A program made the position numbers and the translations under genes. Of a DNA stretch of 64,000 bases, positions 9,260-18,019 are shown in pieces (position 1 is the stretch's first letter; each line of letters starts with the position of its first letter). The notes beneath the pieces were generated by a model, which saw only the letters and a program-made list of their open reading frames with translations, made no database searches and was not told where the DNA came from. Source of the stretch: a virus (taxonomy: Duplodnaviria; Caudoviricetes); IMG/VR virus record IMGVR_UViG_3300048609_000068, positions 11,412 to 75,411 of that record; one strand, written 5' to 3'.

Positions 9260-9976
9260 ATGTTAGACAAAAAAAGAGGCTATGCGTATCACCGTCCGTT
9301 CTACACCGTTGACCCCAACGCGACGATCTATGCTGGAATGGTGGCGTTCCTTGTTCATTCCGGTGGCGTGGACATTGCAACCGTGGCAGCGAGCGGCACG
9401 GTGCCTATCGGAACGTTCTGGAAGGACAAGTCCAACGGTTACGTGAAGAGCACGATCGAGACCAGGACCTTTGACGCGACAACGAATCTTTTGACGTTGA
9501 CCAAAGGTAACGTCCTCTCGACGGCGAATGTCAAGGTGACGGACAGCACAGGCGCTACGACCTATACCCAGGGCCTTGACTACACGGTCAACACTGCAAA
9601 CGGTATCCTGACAAACCTCCTGATTGGGATCGCCGCTGGCGCCACGGTCATCGTGTGGTACAAGTACTCGCTCCTTGCTTCCCAGCTCTATCAGGACAAT
9701 GCCTCAACGAAGTGGTCGTCAGGTGCGAACTACAACAACGGAACCGATGACACCCAGGGATCGAGCAAGATCACGATCGCTGAAGGTGACGCAAAGATCT
9801 ATACCGATCAGTACGACGTGACGCAGGTGTACAACCTGAATGACGCGCTCCGTTCGGATGCGAATAGCCTCTGGACGACCGCTGCTTCCGCTTACTCGAC
9901 ATGCGGGCGTGTTCTTCGCGTCCCGACGGCGAGTGACCCGTTCTTGGGTGTCCAGCAAGTGACCGTGACTGCTTAG
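9260..9976 (+). CDS. Head decoration/cement protein
   Basis: Beta-rich, Thr/Ala/Gly-rich 238 aa immediately upstream of MCP; internal Ig-like segment (YTQGLDYTVNTANGILT); C-terminal GRVLRVPTASDPFLGV as in decoration proteins. Confidence 0.55.
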   Translation: MLDKKRGYAYHRPFYTVDPNATIYAGMVAFLVHSGGVDIATVAASGTVPIGTFWKDKSNGYVKSTIETRTFDATTNLLTLTKGNVLSTANVKVTDSTGATTYTQGLDYTVNTANGILTNLLIGIAAGATVIVWYKYSLLASQLYQDNASTKWSSGANYNNGTDDTQGSSKITIAEGDAKIYTDQYDVTQVYNLNDALRSDANSLWTTAASAYSTCGRVLRVPTASDPFLGVQQVTVTA

Positions 9977-10012
9977 TCCTCGAATAAATAAACCCTATCA
10001 AGGAGGAATCTG

Positions 10013-11143
10013 ATGAATTTGAACCCCTATCTCAAAAGTGCCAACAAGAAGTATGTTGACCGGAAAACGGGGGAGCCCTTTAACCCGTTCGCTACCGGGC
10101 GGAAGTTGAAGAGTGGCGGGATCGAGACGTCTGCAAGCCAGCGCATGTTCAATAGCGATGGCGTCCTGAACGCGGATAGCAAAGAGGACGCGCTCGGGAA
10201 GATCCAGACGATCCTCGATGGGATGGCTACCGGGTCCTACGACATCGAGCGTGTGGCCTCCTACGAGAACTCGTACAGCCCGGATGAGAAGGAAGCCCTC
10301 CTCCGCGAAGCGTTTGCCGACCCGGGTTCGGAGGGCTTCCGCCAGGTCGGACAGAACCTCCTGAACCCCGTCAAGGAAGTCCTCGACTACGAGGGGCTCT
10401 CACGGAAGTTCTTGATGCAGCGCACCATCAAACAGGGCGAGACCTTCCGCGTTGACAAGGATGTCTACGTGGTGGGCTGGACCATCGCCGAGGATGGACA
10501 GACACCGCAGAGCGTGGTGCCGGGCGCCTACTTCTTCCCTCCCGAGTTCGAGGTTACTGCTTACCCGAGTATAGAGCTGAAGGACAAGTACCGGGCGCAG
10601 TATGACATCTTGGGCCGCGCTCAGGACCGCGCCCGGATGGCTATCGAGTACCAAGAGGACCTCGCGTTTGTGAACCTTGCCCAGGTCTCCTCGGGGCAGG
10701 TGAACACGGCGACCGCGTTTGCGACCTTGAACCTGGCAGCGCTGGAGTCGATGCGCTACCAGATCGAGCGGCACCGTCTCCTCTGTCAGCTCTTCCTGAT
10801 CCACAGGCAGGAAGTGTCGGACCTCGTGAACACCGTCTCGACGCAGGTGGATCCCGTGACCCAGCGTGAAGCTATCATGGCTGGGTTCATCGCGAGCATC
10901 CTCAATGCGTACATCGTGACCACGGCGGGCACGAACACGTTCGAGATCCTGCAGCCGGGTGAAGCGTATGCGCTGACGGACCCCGAGCATCTCGGCGTGA
11001 TGGGGACCCGTGTGGAGCTCTTCAGCGAGCCGGTCAATGAGTACATGTTAGGGAACCCTCGGCAGGGCTGGTTCTGGTATGAGTTGATCAGCCAGAGCAT
11101 TCACAACCCGGCTGGCGTTGCCTACGGCCAGAAAACCTCCTAA
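10013..11143 (+). CDS. Major capsid protein (HK97 fold)
   Basis: 376 aa, strong AAGGAGG SD and GC-rich codons. Motifs LLNPVKEVLDYEGLSRKFL, FFPPEFEVTAYPSIELKD, RAQDRARMAIEYQED and GWFWYELISQSIHNPAGVA fit the MCP type of large myoviruses. Confidence 0.85.
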   Translation: MNLNPYLKSANKKYVDRKTGEPFNPFATGRKLKSGGIETSASQRMFNSDGVLNADSKEDALGKIQTILDGMATGSYDIERVASYENSYSPDEKEALLREAFADPGSEGFRQVGQNLLNPVKEVLDYEGLSRKFLMQRTIKQGETFRVDKDVYVVGWTIAEDGQTPQSVVPGAYFFPPEFEVTAYPSIELKDKYRAQYDILGRAQDRARMAIEYQEDLAFVNLAQVSSGQVNTATAFATLNLAALESMRYQIERHRLLCQLFLIHRQEVSDLVNTVSTQVDPVTQREAIMAGFIASILNAYIVTTAGTNTFEILQPGEAYALTDPEHLGVMGTRVELFSEPVNEYMLGNPRQGWFWYELISQSIHNPAGVAYGQKTS

Positions 11144-11170
11144 CAATTTCTAGCAAAAAAGGAGGTCGTT

Positions 11171-11593
11171 ATGAGCGTGGATAAAAAGGCAGTTCAAAAA
11201 GAGCTGGATCTTGCCGCTGACGAAATGGAGCGGCTTGGATACATGGATCTGGCAGGCCATGTGGATAAGTACAATAACCGCATGGTGGAAGCGAAATCGG
11301 GAGAGGTTGCTACCATCTACAGAGCGCTTCAAAATATTTGTGTTGAAGCGGAACGTCGTGTCAAGAACACAAATTTTGAGAAGCCTCTGATCGATTCCGA
11401 TGCTGTTCGTGCCAGAATCGCCATGATCCGAAGGAAGGCGTTTGCGAAGAAACTTGCTGAGAAAAAGACAGCACAGGAAACTCCTCCGCCGGAGAAGCAG
11501 GAAACGGAAGAAAAAAAGGAAGAGCTTCCTCCTGATGCCGCTGCAATCAAAGCAAGACTCGATCGGATCCGCCGTCTGAAGACTTCCAAGTAG
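11171..11593 (+). CDS. Hypothetical charged protein
   Basis: GGAGG SD; 140 aa helical ORF. Confidence 0.6.
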   Translation: MSVDKKAVQKELDLAADEMERLGYMDLAGHVDKYNNRMVEAKSGEVATIYRALQNICVEAERRVKNTNFEKPLIDSDAVRARIAMIRRKAFAKKLAEKKTAQETPPPEKQETEEKKEELPPDAAAIKARLDRIRRLKTSK

Positions 11594-11632
11594 CTCTCCT
11601 AAACTTCGCATAAAAACAATAATTAATTCCAA

Positions 11633-11661
11633 TTGCTATTCGATTGCTATAATCCTATACT
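11633..11661 (+). promoter_or_regulatory. Sigma70-type promoter
   Basis: TTGCTA (11633-38)-N17-TATACT (11656-61); an overlapping TGcTATAAT extended -10 lies at 11645-11653. Confidence 0.55.
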
Positions 11662-11696
11662 GGCAGTTGAACGACAACGAAAACGAGGAGAAAGAA

Positions 11697-12365
11697 ATGA
11701 AAACAGTCATCAAAAAAAAGAAACATCATGAATTTGACACCTCCGATCTTTTGTCTTCCCGCTTGACCCTCAAACGTTTATTCGATAAAAATGAGGAGAT
11801 CTGGGTCAAGAACATGTCGCATAAACTTATGCATGGAGGCAAGTCTGCCAATGTGACCTTGCAGGTTGGGACACCACCCCTGATCGAGCCGGTTGTGATT
11901 CCTCCGGGAGAGGACCCTGTGTGTTTGACGGATCAGGCGGATATGCCGTCTCTCAAGACGTGCCGCGATCTGATCAAGCACGTCAGGAGTGGATGCTTGG
12001 AGCTCCTGGATCCCAAGAATGCACATGTTTACTATCAGCAAAATAAGGACAGAAAGAAGGTCGTTCAGCGTAAGATCGAAGATTTTCTTCTGAGGCGTGC
12101 TCCTCTTGACACAAAACCGGGTGTGCCAAGAAAAGTGGAAGGTGGGCCAATCCAGGTGAATGCCAGAATCGGGGACATCTGTCAGAAGTCCCGGCATGGT
12201 ATCATCGGAGAACGGGACGCGATCCAGACGTTAATGGAGACAGAGGCGACAATCACCGTGGACGATTGCAACTACCTTCTCAAGAACGGTGTGTTCAAAG
12301 AAGTAAAGCGTTGGGCGTCGAGACGACTCGACCAACTCTTGGATCAGGCGACACCGAGAGCATAA
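11697..12365 (+). CDS. Hypothetical protein
   Basis: GAGGAG SD before ATG 11697; ~222 aa. Confidence 0.6.
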   Translation: MKTVIKKKKHHEFDTSDLLSSRLTLKRLFDKNEEIWVKNMSHKLMHGGKSANVTLQVGTPPLIEPVVIPPGEDPVCLTDQADMPSLKTCRDLIKHVRSGCLELLDPKNAHVYYQQNKDRKKVVQRKIEDFLLRRAPLDTKPGVPRKVEGGPIQVNARIGDICQKSRHGIIGERDAIQTLMETEATITVDDCNYLLKNGVFKEVKRWASRRLDQLLDQATPRA

Positions 12366-12374
12366 AAGATCAAT

Positions 12375-12396
12375 GGGGGGTGGCTATCCACCCCCC
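12375..12396 (+). terminator. GC-rich hairpin (terminator or 5' RNA stabiliser)
   Basis: GGGGGGTGG-CTAT-CCACCCCCC, perfect 9-bp stem, followed by TTAA and then the AAGGAG SD of the next gene. Confidence 0.5.
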
Positions 12397-12409
12397 TTAA
12401 GGAGCAATC

Positions 12410-12850
12410 ATGGCGGGTCCAACTTTAGGGATTCAGGCAGTATGCACATTGACGGTCGGAGCGAGTGGTGGCTCGGACTCCCAGAGTGTTCTTCCCGTCC
12501 GTTCGAACGCTCCTTTCAAGAACCTTTCTCTTTCGATTGTTCCTTGTGGGGACCCCTCTCCTTATCAAGTCTCTGTCTATCATGACGGAGAGATCGTGGA
12601 GCAGCATAGTTTTCCGGACGCGAACGGACGTGTCGTGTGCCACATGTCTTTTCCCAATGTGATTTTCCCTGCGAATACAGGAACGGACACCATCCCAGCT
12701 TACTACAACACGAGCAGACATTATTTTCCTGGGATTCCTGTCCGGGTGACGATCGATAACTATGATTCCAGACCGAAGTCTTTTTATGTATATGCTTGCT
12801 TCGAGGCGTTTGAACCTTGCGCATTCCAAAAGCTTTCTCCAGAGGTGTGA
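12410..12850 (+). CDS. Hypothetical beta-sandwich protein (possible minor head protein)
   Basis: AAGGAG SD; beta-rich 146 aa. Confidence 0.55.
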   Translation: MAGPTLGIQAVCTLTVGASGGSDSQSVLPVRSNAPFKNLSLSIVPCGDPSPYQVSVYHDGEIVEQHSFPDANGRVVCHMSFPNVIFPANTGTDTIPAYYNTSRHYFPGIPVRVTIDNYDSRPKSFYVYACFEAFEPCAFQKLSPEV

Positions 12851-12852
12851 CC

Positions 12853-13587
12853 ATGCCTGTATTCCTGACCGCGCAAAAATATAAAAGCTTGGTGAACGAG
12901 CTTTACGGAAACTATATTTTCCCGGAGGAGCACAGGAAGGGTTGGATGGCTTTCTGGGAAGCGAACAATGGGGACATCGAGAAGATCCTCAAGTTTGCAA
13001 AGTCTGCGGATATTGTGCATCCAGAAGAATGGGCGGATAGTCTCTATGTCTTTCTTTTTGGAACCTTCTGGGGAAATCCCAAGCTTCTGATTCAGGCATC
13101 CTCTAAAGGGTTTGATTCCTTTCTTGTGCAGGTTGCGAAGAACCATGAGAACACACCAAAGACCAAAGCTTGGTATCATCAGCATGGCGTGACCCAGGCT
13201 CAGTTCATTACCGCAATCCAGGCTGCTTCGGAAATTGCTGATCTCAATCAGTCGATTTCTTATGTGAACGCAAGGATCCCGAGCCTTGGATTTTATCTTT
13301 ATTCAGAGTTTCTTCTTGCAAAAACAAAACAAAAGGACGAGATCAAGAGCGTTGCTTCCAATATGAACGAGGAAGCGTTCCAGATGGAATGCGACGCGAT
13401 TGAAGAATATCCAGAAGCGCTCTTTACGAAAGGGGCAAAAGTAACGCACGCTTTCTATCCGGACACGTTTACAGTGGAGAAGTTTGACCCGACATCCCAG
13501 GTCGTGGAAGCGAAAAGAGAAGACGGATCCACGGTCTATTTTACCGATGGCTGGAATCTGTCTCGGTCATGCATGTTCCTGTTTTAG
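12853..13587 (+). CDS. Hypothetical protein
   Basis: GAGGTG SD before ATG 12853; 244 aa. Confidence 0.6.
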   Translation: MPVFLTAQKYKSLVNELYGNYIFPEEHRKGWMAFWEANNGDIEKILKFAKSADIVHPEEWADSLYVFLFGTFWGNPKLLIQASSKGFDSFLVQVAKNHENTPKTKAWYHQHGVTQAQFITAIQAASEIADLNQSISYVNARIPSLGFYLYSEFLLAKTKQKDEIKSVASNMNEEAFQMECDAIEEYPEALFTKGAKVTHAFYPDTFTVEKFDPTSQVVEAKREDGSTVYFTDGWNLSRSCMFLF

Positions 13588-13820
13588 TACAGCAGCAGTT
13601 CGATTGTAATGACCTAAGCTTTACGGCTTATCTCATGACAATGGGCGCAACCCTCCTTCAGGCAAAAAAGCTTGGAGGACTTTATGTTTTTTCCCTTGAA
13701 TTGAATGGACTCAATGTTACCACACTCAAGGTGCAGTTTGCAAATTCGGAAATAGCGAAATTTGATCAGGCGGTCAAGAATTTGAAGAAGATTATTTATT
13801 CGGGTAGAACGCGACACTAG
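13569..13820 (+). CDS. Small DUF5659-like protein
   Basis: CNDLSFTAYLMTMGATL...GLYVFSL pattern resembles DUF5659 (recalled from memory, not searched). Confidence 0.45.
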   Translation: MHVPVLVQQQFDCNDLSFTAYLMTMGATLLQAKKLGGLYVFSLELNGLNVTTLKVQFANSEIAKFDQAVKNLKKIIYSGRTRH

Positions 13821-13830
13821 AGGTTCTCCG

Positions 13831-14199
13831 ATGTACGATCCAAAAACAGTGGACATTGCCTCCGATGAGTTCTTGAAAGCGGATTATATTGTCCTTGCGA
13901 ATATTACCCATCCGAAGTTTACAACGACCCTTGAAGTCTATATGTGGAATCAGGCAAAAAATCACGCAACGGAAGGGATAGTGGACGAGATCTTTGGCTG
14001 TGTTTATCTGATGTTGTTTGACAGGGACATCAAATTATTGGACAGGCAGGAGGACCTTCTCAACATTATCAAGGCTGCAGTCGTTACGGAATCACCCGAT
14101 AAGGACGTTCACATCGAGACATTCGATAATCAGCAGGATGCGAAAGATCTTTATGAGAAGTTAGACGATAAGTATTTGAAGTATCTTCAGGAGGAATAA
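13831..14199 (+). CDS. Hypothetical acidic protein
   Basis: GAGG SD; tiles with neighbours. Confidence 0.55.
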   Translation: MYDPKTVDIASDEFLKADYIVLANITHPKFTTTLEVYMWNQAKNHATEGIVDEIFGCVYLMLFDRDIKLLDRQEDLLNIIKAAVVTESPDKDVHIETFDNQQDAKDLYEKLDDKYLKYLQEE

Positions 14200-14502
14200 A
14201 TGGCTTGTATGCGGGTGGATGCAGAAGAGGTATTGCTAAGGGCAGGACGGCCTTTGCGCTACTGGTATATGAATATCGCACAGGTTATTGAAAAGATGCA
14301 AGATAGAGATCTTGGGATGTCCCCAGAAAGTAGCCATTTACAGATTATACAGCATTATGCAGAACAGCTAGATAAAGCTATTGATGCTTTTAATGAATTG
14401 ATTTCTCCTTATAATCTCGATGGTACAATTGCTCCTGCTGCAGATGAGGAGGAGTGTAAATTAGCCTTTGATATGGTTGTCTATCAAATAAAGCGTTGGT
14501 GA
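14200..14502 (+). CDS. Hypothetical protein
   Basis: GGAGG SD; starts immediately after the upstream stop. Confidence 0.55.
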   Translation: MACMRVDAEEVLLRAGRPLRYWYMNIAQVIEKMQDRDLGMSPESSHLQIIQHYAEQLDKAIDAFNELISPYNLDGTIAPAADEEECKLAFDMVVYQIKRW

Positions 14503-14505
14503 AAC

Positions 14506-14724
14506 ATGGTCTTTCGTAGCGCTTCTTTGATTCCGGGACGTGGATGGGTAGCTAATGTTGCCCTTGATGAAACGGAAAACTATAATATTGGAGACGAAAT
14601 TAGTATCGGTAAAATCCGCTGGAAAATACTGGGTGTGGAAGTGAATTGCCCGTTTGGTAAAGTAGACAGACAACATGTCGGTTTGGTTCTGAATCCGATA
14701 GAACTAGAGATACCCTCCAAGTAA
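14506..14724 (+). CDS. Hypothetical small beta-barrel-like protein
   Basis: 72-aa ORF tiling the operon. Confidence 0.45.
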   Translation: MVFRSASLIPGRGWVANVALDETENYNIGDEISIGKIRWKILGVEVNCPFGKVDRQHVGLVLNPIELEIPSK

Positions 14725-14782
14725 CCTTTTCTCAACATTACTAAAAAATTTGGATGTAAAATAAGAGGGTGGAGGTGCTACC

Positions 14783-15652
14783 ATGCCTAGCAAGAGTTTT
14801 ACCGACTTCGAGATGTTGCGTAAAGGCCAGACGGAATACATCACGATTTTTTGTAGAGATCCTGCGACGGAGGATTTGACCGACGTTGTGGGTACATCTA
14901 CTTTCTCCTTAGTAAATTTGAGCGATGATTCTACTATTTTGAGCGAAAGTTTTACTGCAGGAGGAAGTACCCACGTTGAGCATCCTGCAGTTGGAACTTA
15001 TCAATACGTGATGAATACGACTACCTACCCTGATGAGTATGTGGCTTTCTTCCGGTGTGTTCTTTCTGGAGAGGTTGTGAATAATAATATCTATACAAAA
15101 GCGGTTTCTGCTAAATACTTTGCGTATGCAGCACAACTACGATCCATTGTGGATAAAGCGAGAAAGAACATCACCGATCAAATTGAGAATATGGACAGGT
15201 TGTCGTCCGAGCCTAAAATTGATTTTTATTATGGCGTGTCCGATCCGCATTTGATGTCGTACCTGGAAAGGGGGATCTCGATGCTAAACATTATCCCTCC
15301 TTACACAAATTTGACGGTGGATACTTTTCCGTTTACTTCTTATAGCTCAGTACTCCTGGACGCTGCGACTTTGGCGTATGCGGTGAGCCAAGGGATTTTT
15401 GCAATCGATACTGATTTCAATTATTCGCTGGGTGGGAATAGCTTTGTGATCGATCACTTTACAAAGTTGAATGCGTTTTGGTCTGCCTTCATTGCTAATT
15501 TTACAAAGAGTGCTACCTCGTTCAAAGCTCAATATAGAAGCAAGGGCACAGTTCTTTATTGCTGGATGCCCGGCGGAGTCCGGAGCGCGCGCCTATTGAC
15601 GGCCCTTCCATCAACTTTTTTTTCCCGTCTCTACTCTGCTGCAATGGTTTGA
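14783..15652 (+). CDS. Head-tail adaptor/neck protein with N-terminal Ig-like domain
   Basis: N-terminal beta-sandwich (HVEHPAVGTYQYVMNT). C-terminal helical adaptor-like region (YLERGISMLNIIPP..TFP..LLDAAT...DFNYSLGGNSF). Position downstream of MCP. Confidence 0.6.
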   Translation: MPSKSFTDFEMLRKGQTEYITIFCRDPATEDLTDVVGTSTFSLVNLSDDSTILSESFTAGGSTHVEHPAVGTYQYVMNTTTYPDEYVAFFRCVLSGEVVNNNIYTKAVSAKYFAYAAQLRSIVDKARKNITDQIENMDRLSSEPKIDFYYGVSDPHLMSYLERGISMLNIIPPYTNLTVDTFPFTSYSSVLLDAATLAYAVSQGIFAIDTDFNYSLGGNSFVIDHFTKLNAFWSAFIANFTKSATSFKAQYRSKGTVLYCWMPGGVRSARLLTALPSTFFSRLYSAAMV

Positions 15653-15708
15653 TTTTCAAAGACAATTTGACTTCCAAGTTTATCCTCAACATTAGCGCAA
15701 GATTATTC

Positions 15709-15737
15709 TTGACACCAAAAACTGTTCCTGCTACAGT
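15709..15737 (+). promoter_or_regulatory. Sigma70-type promoter of the homing endonuclease
   Basis: TTGACA (15709-14)-N17-TACAGT (15732-37) with a TG extension. Confidence 0.6.
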
Positions 15738-15790
15738 GATATTACAAGGAGGAAGATTTCCTCTATGTAACTGTTTTGAAAGGAGATACG

Positions 15791-17182
15791 ATGCTTTGTG
15801 AAACTTGTGGCAGGGAACTGACGGATCAACAAATCAGGTGGGCAATCCGAAATAAGAGTAAGCACTTTTATTGTTCAACGACTTGTTGGGGAAAACGCCA
15901 AAGAAAGCATAACTACGATGACAAATTTTTGGACACTGATTCTGACTTATCGGCTTATTTTACAGGATGGTTCGTTGCTGACGGACATTTTTCTAGGTCC
16001 GACAAATGCATCCATATGACTTGTGTAGACAAGCAGCTTGTTGACGATTTTTGTAAAATGATTGATTACGAGAATGTTATTCATGAACGTTACAAACCTA
16101 TTACTGAAAAAACAAAAAAATTATCTGTTGAGTACAGCTTTCTATTGGGTGGAAATGTACGAAAACGAATTGAAGAAATGGGGTACTCTCCTGGAGTAAA
16201 GACCGGGAAAGAGTTTTTTCCATCCAGATTTTATAATAAAGAATGGTTCTTTCCATTTTTGCGAGGTTTTATTGATGGTGACGGTACAATCCGTGTGGGT
16301 CAAAGAGGGGATTTGTTGCTGTCAGTTGTTAATGCGTCATTTGAGTTATTAGCAGATATACATTTATATCTACTGGATAACGAAGTTGTCAAAGGAGGAA
16401 GTTTAAGTAAAGTAAAAATTACTAAAAAGAATAAGAGAAAGACTACTATTTATAGCCTAGGTTTTGGGCATAAGGATTCTATTAGTATTTGCGACCGTAT
16501 GTATGAAGACCCTACGATTATGCTGGAGAGAAAGTGCGGTATGTATTTAGCTGGAAAAGAGTTTATCCTTTCTGTTGTTCCTTATGAAGAGTATACTCCT
16601 TGTCAAGCGTTCGGATGCGAAAAAGAAGCTAAGATTCGTGGCTATTGTAAACAGCATTATGATGAAAAATACCGTCGGTGGTATAACGCTAGTCATAGGA
16701 ACGAACTAAATGAAAAAAATAAGAAATGGCAATTAATTAATCGTGACTTCTATTTAGCTCGTAGACGCCGTTGGTATCTAAAAAATGCTGAAAAAGAAAG
16801 ACAACGTTCAAAAGCATGGAAAGATGCCAATCCTGAAAAAGTGAAGTTAATGAAAGATAATTATCGGGAGAATAACCGTGACAAAGTAAACGAATACAAG
16901 CGTTCGTATAGAGAGGAGCATAGCGAAAAAATTAGAGAGCAGGAAAAGGCTTCTTATCTGCGAAATAAACAACAAAAGAACCGGCACAGTCGAGAATACT
17001 ACCAAAAAAACCGTGAGAAGGTGTTGGCTCAAGCCAAGGAGTACCGAGACCGCCCAGAAGTAAAAGAACGCAAAGTGCAATACTGTAAGGACTACGAAAA
17101 TAAGAACAAGGAAAAGCAGCAGGAATACCGCCGCCAATATTACTACCGCAAAAAAGCCGAACGCGAATCTCTCCAAGACTAA
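15791..17182 (+). CDS. Free-standing LAGLIDADG homing endonuclease with zinc fingers and a basic repeat tail
   Basis: Two motifs SAYFTGWFVADGHF and PFLRGFIDGDGTI; N-terminal CETC...YCSTTC; C-x4-C-x9-C-x2-H finger; then ~15-aa Y(R/K)ExNxEK repeats; AT-rich. Confidence 0.85.
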   Translation: MLCETCGRELTDQQIRWAIRNKSKHFYCSTTCWGKRQRKHNYDDKFLDTDSDLSAYFTGWFVADGHFSRSDKCIHMTCVDKQLVDDFCKMIDYENVIHERYKPITEKTKKLSVEYSFLLGGNVRKRIEEMGYSPGVKTGKEFFPSRFYNKEWFFPFLRGFIDGDGTIRVGQRGDLLLSVVNASFELLADIHLYLLDNEVVKGGSLSKVKITKKNKRKTTIYSLGFGHKDSISICDRMYEDPTIMLERKCGMYLAGKEFILSVVPYEEYTPCQAFGCEKEAKIRGYCKQHYDEKYRRWYNASHRNELNEKNKKWQLINRDFYLARRRRWYLKNAEKERQRSKAWKDANPEKVKLMKDNYRENNRDKVNEYKRSYREEHSEKIREQEKASYLRNKQQKNRHSREYYQKNREKVLAQAKEYRDRPEVKERKVQYCKDYENKNKEKQQEYRRQYYYRKKAERESLQD

Positions 17183-17269
17183 ATTCTGATAAAAACGTAA
17201 CTTAATCAATCCCACCCTCTTTCTCTTACAATCAGATCTTGATGTAATCCTTCCAAAAAGGATACTAAA

Positions 17270-17659
17270 ATGGAGCAAGATGGGTTTGTCGCGCTTGTCG
17301 ATGGGATCCGTCAAATTTTTTCAGACTACAGGAGCGCCTGGTATCTGGGGTGTACGACCCTGTGTTATTTATTTATTCAGGTCCTCCGTGGCAAAGCTGG
17401 ATTCAGTATCCCCTGGCTCACCAAAAAAATAGAGTCGATGCCGAAAGAATTCAAGACCTATGCAATCGTTGGCATCTTCGGTCTGACCGGTTTTCTCGGG
17501 ACCTTTGCCGGTTCCCCCGTCAGTGTGGGAGCGCTGCTGGATGGATTTTTGAAGGGACTCGCGGTTGGGATAGGGACAATTGGCACGCGGAATGTGTTGA
17601 AACAAGGGATTGAGGGAGTGAAGTCTTTGAAAGAACCTAAAGTGGAGGAACCTAAATAA
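17270..17659 (+). CDS. Membrane protein, holin-like
   Basis: Two to three hydrophobic segments and a short charged C-tail (KSLKEPKVEEPK). Confidence 0.5.
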   Translation: MEQDGFVALVDGIRQIFSDYRSAWYLGCTTLCYLFIQVLRGKAGFSIPWLTKKIESMPKEFKTYAIVGIFGLTGFLGTFAGSPVSVGALLDGFLKGLAVGIGTIGTRNVLKQGIEGVKSLKEPKVEEPK

Positions 17660-18006
17660 TGTCTACGATGTACTTCGAGTGGGGTAACTTGATGGGGGGC
17701 ATGACCCCCAGTGGCGCTCCGGTGATTCCTGCGGCTGCTCCTTATGGACCACCTGAAGAATTCTCAGGGACGCTGGGTGCGGGTGTGACGACGATCACAT
17801 TCACGCAGAGAACCAAGCGTGTCACCATCCGAAATACCCATGACACACAGATTCTGAACTACTCTCTTGACGGAGGCGCGACATGGTTCGTCTCTGGTCC
17901 GTATCAAGTGGTTCAGGAATGGGTCAATATCACTAATCTTCAACTGCGACCTGCTGTTGCAGGTGAGACCCCAACGTATGAAATAACGGCAGTTCTTGTT
18001 GCGTAA
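17659..18006 (+). CDS. Small beta-sandwich virion protein
   Basis: TKRVTIRNTHDTQILNYSLDGG pattern typical of small jelly-roll decoration proteins. Confidence 0.5.
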   Translation: MSTMYFEWGNLMGGMTPSGAPVIPAAAPYGPPEEFSGTLGAGVTTITFTQRTKRVTIRNTHDTQILNYSLDGGATWFVSGPYQVVQEWVNITNLQLRPAVAGETPTYEITAVLVA

Positions 18007-18019
18007 AAAGGGACCAGAC

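Noticed and set aside
8179-9270. Long antisense ORFs (8179..9270, 796..1689, 10400..10990, 3436..4056 and others)
   Set aside because: They are shadows of + strand genes with biased codon use, with no SD and no recognisable motifs.
10013-11143. Encapsulin/linocin nanocompartment
   Set aside because: Context with portal, protease, scaffold, neck and contractile tail shows a true phage capsid.
15653-17269. Group I intron or intein hosting the LAGLIDADG ORF
   Set aside because: Flanking genes are complete with their own starts and stops, no intein splice residues are present, and the spacers are too short for a ribozyme core.
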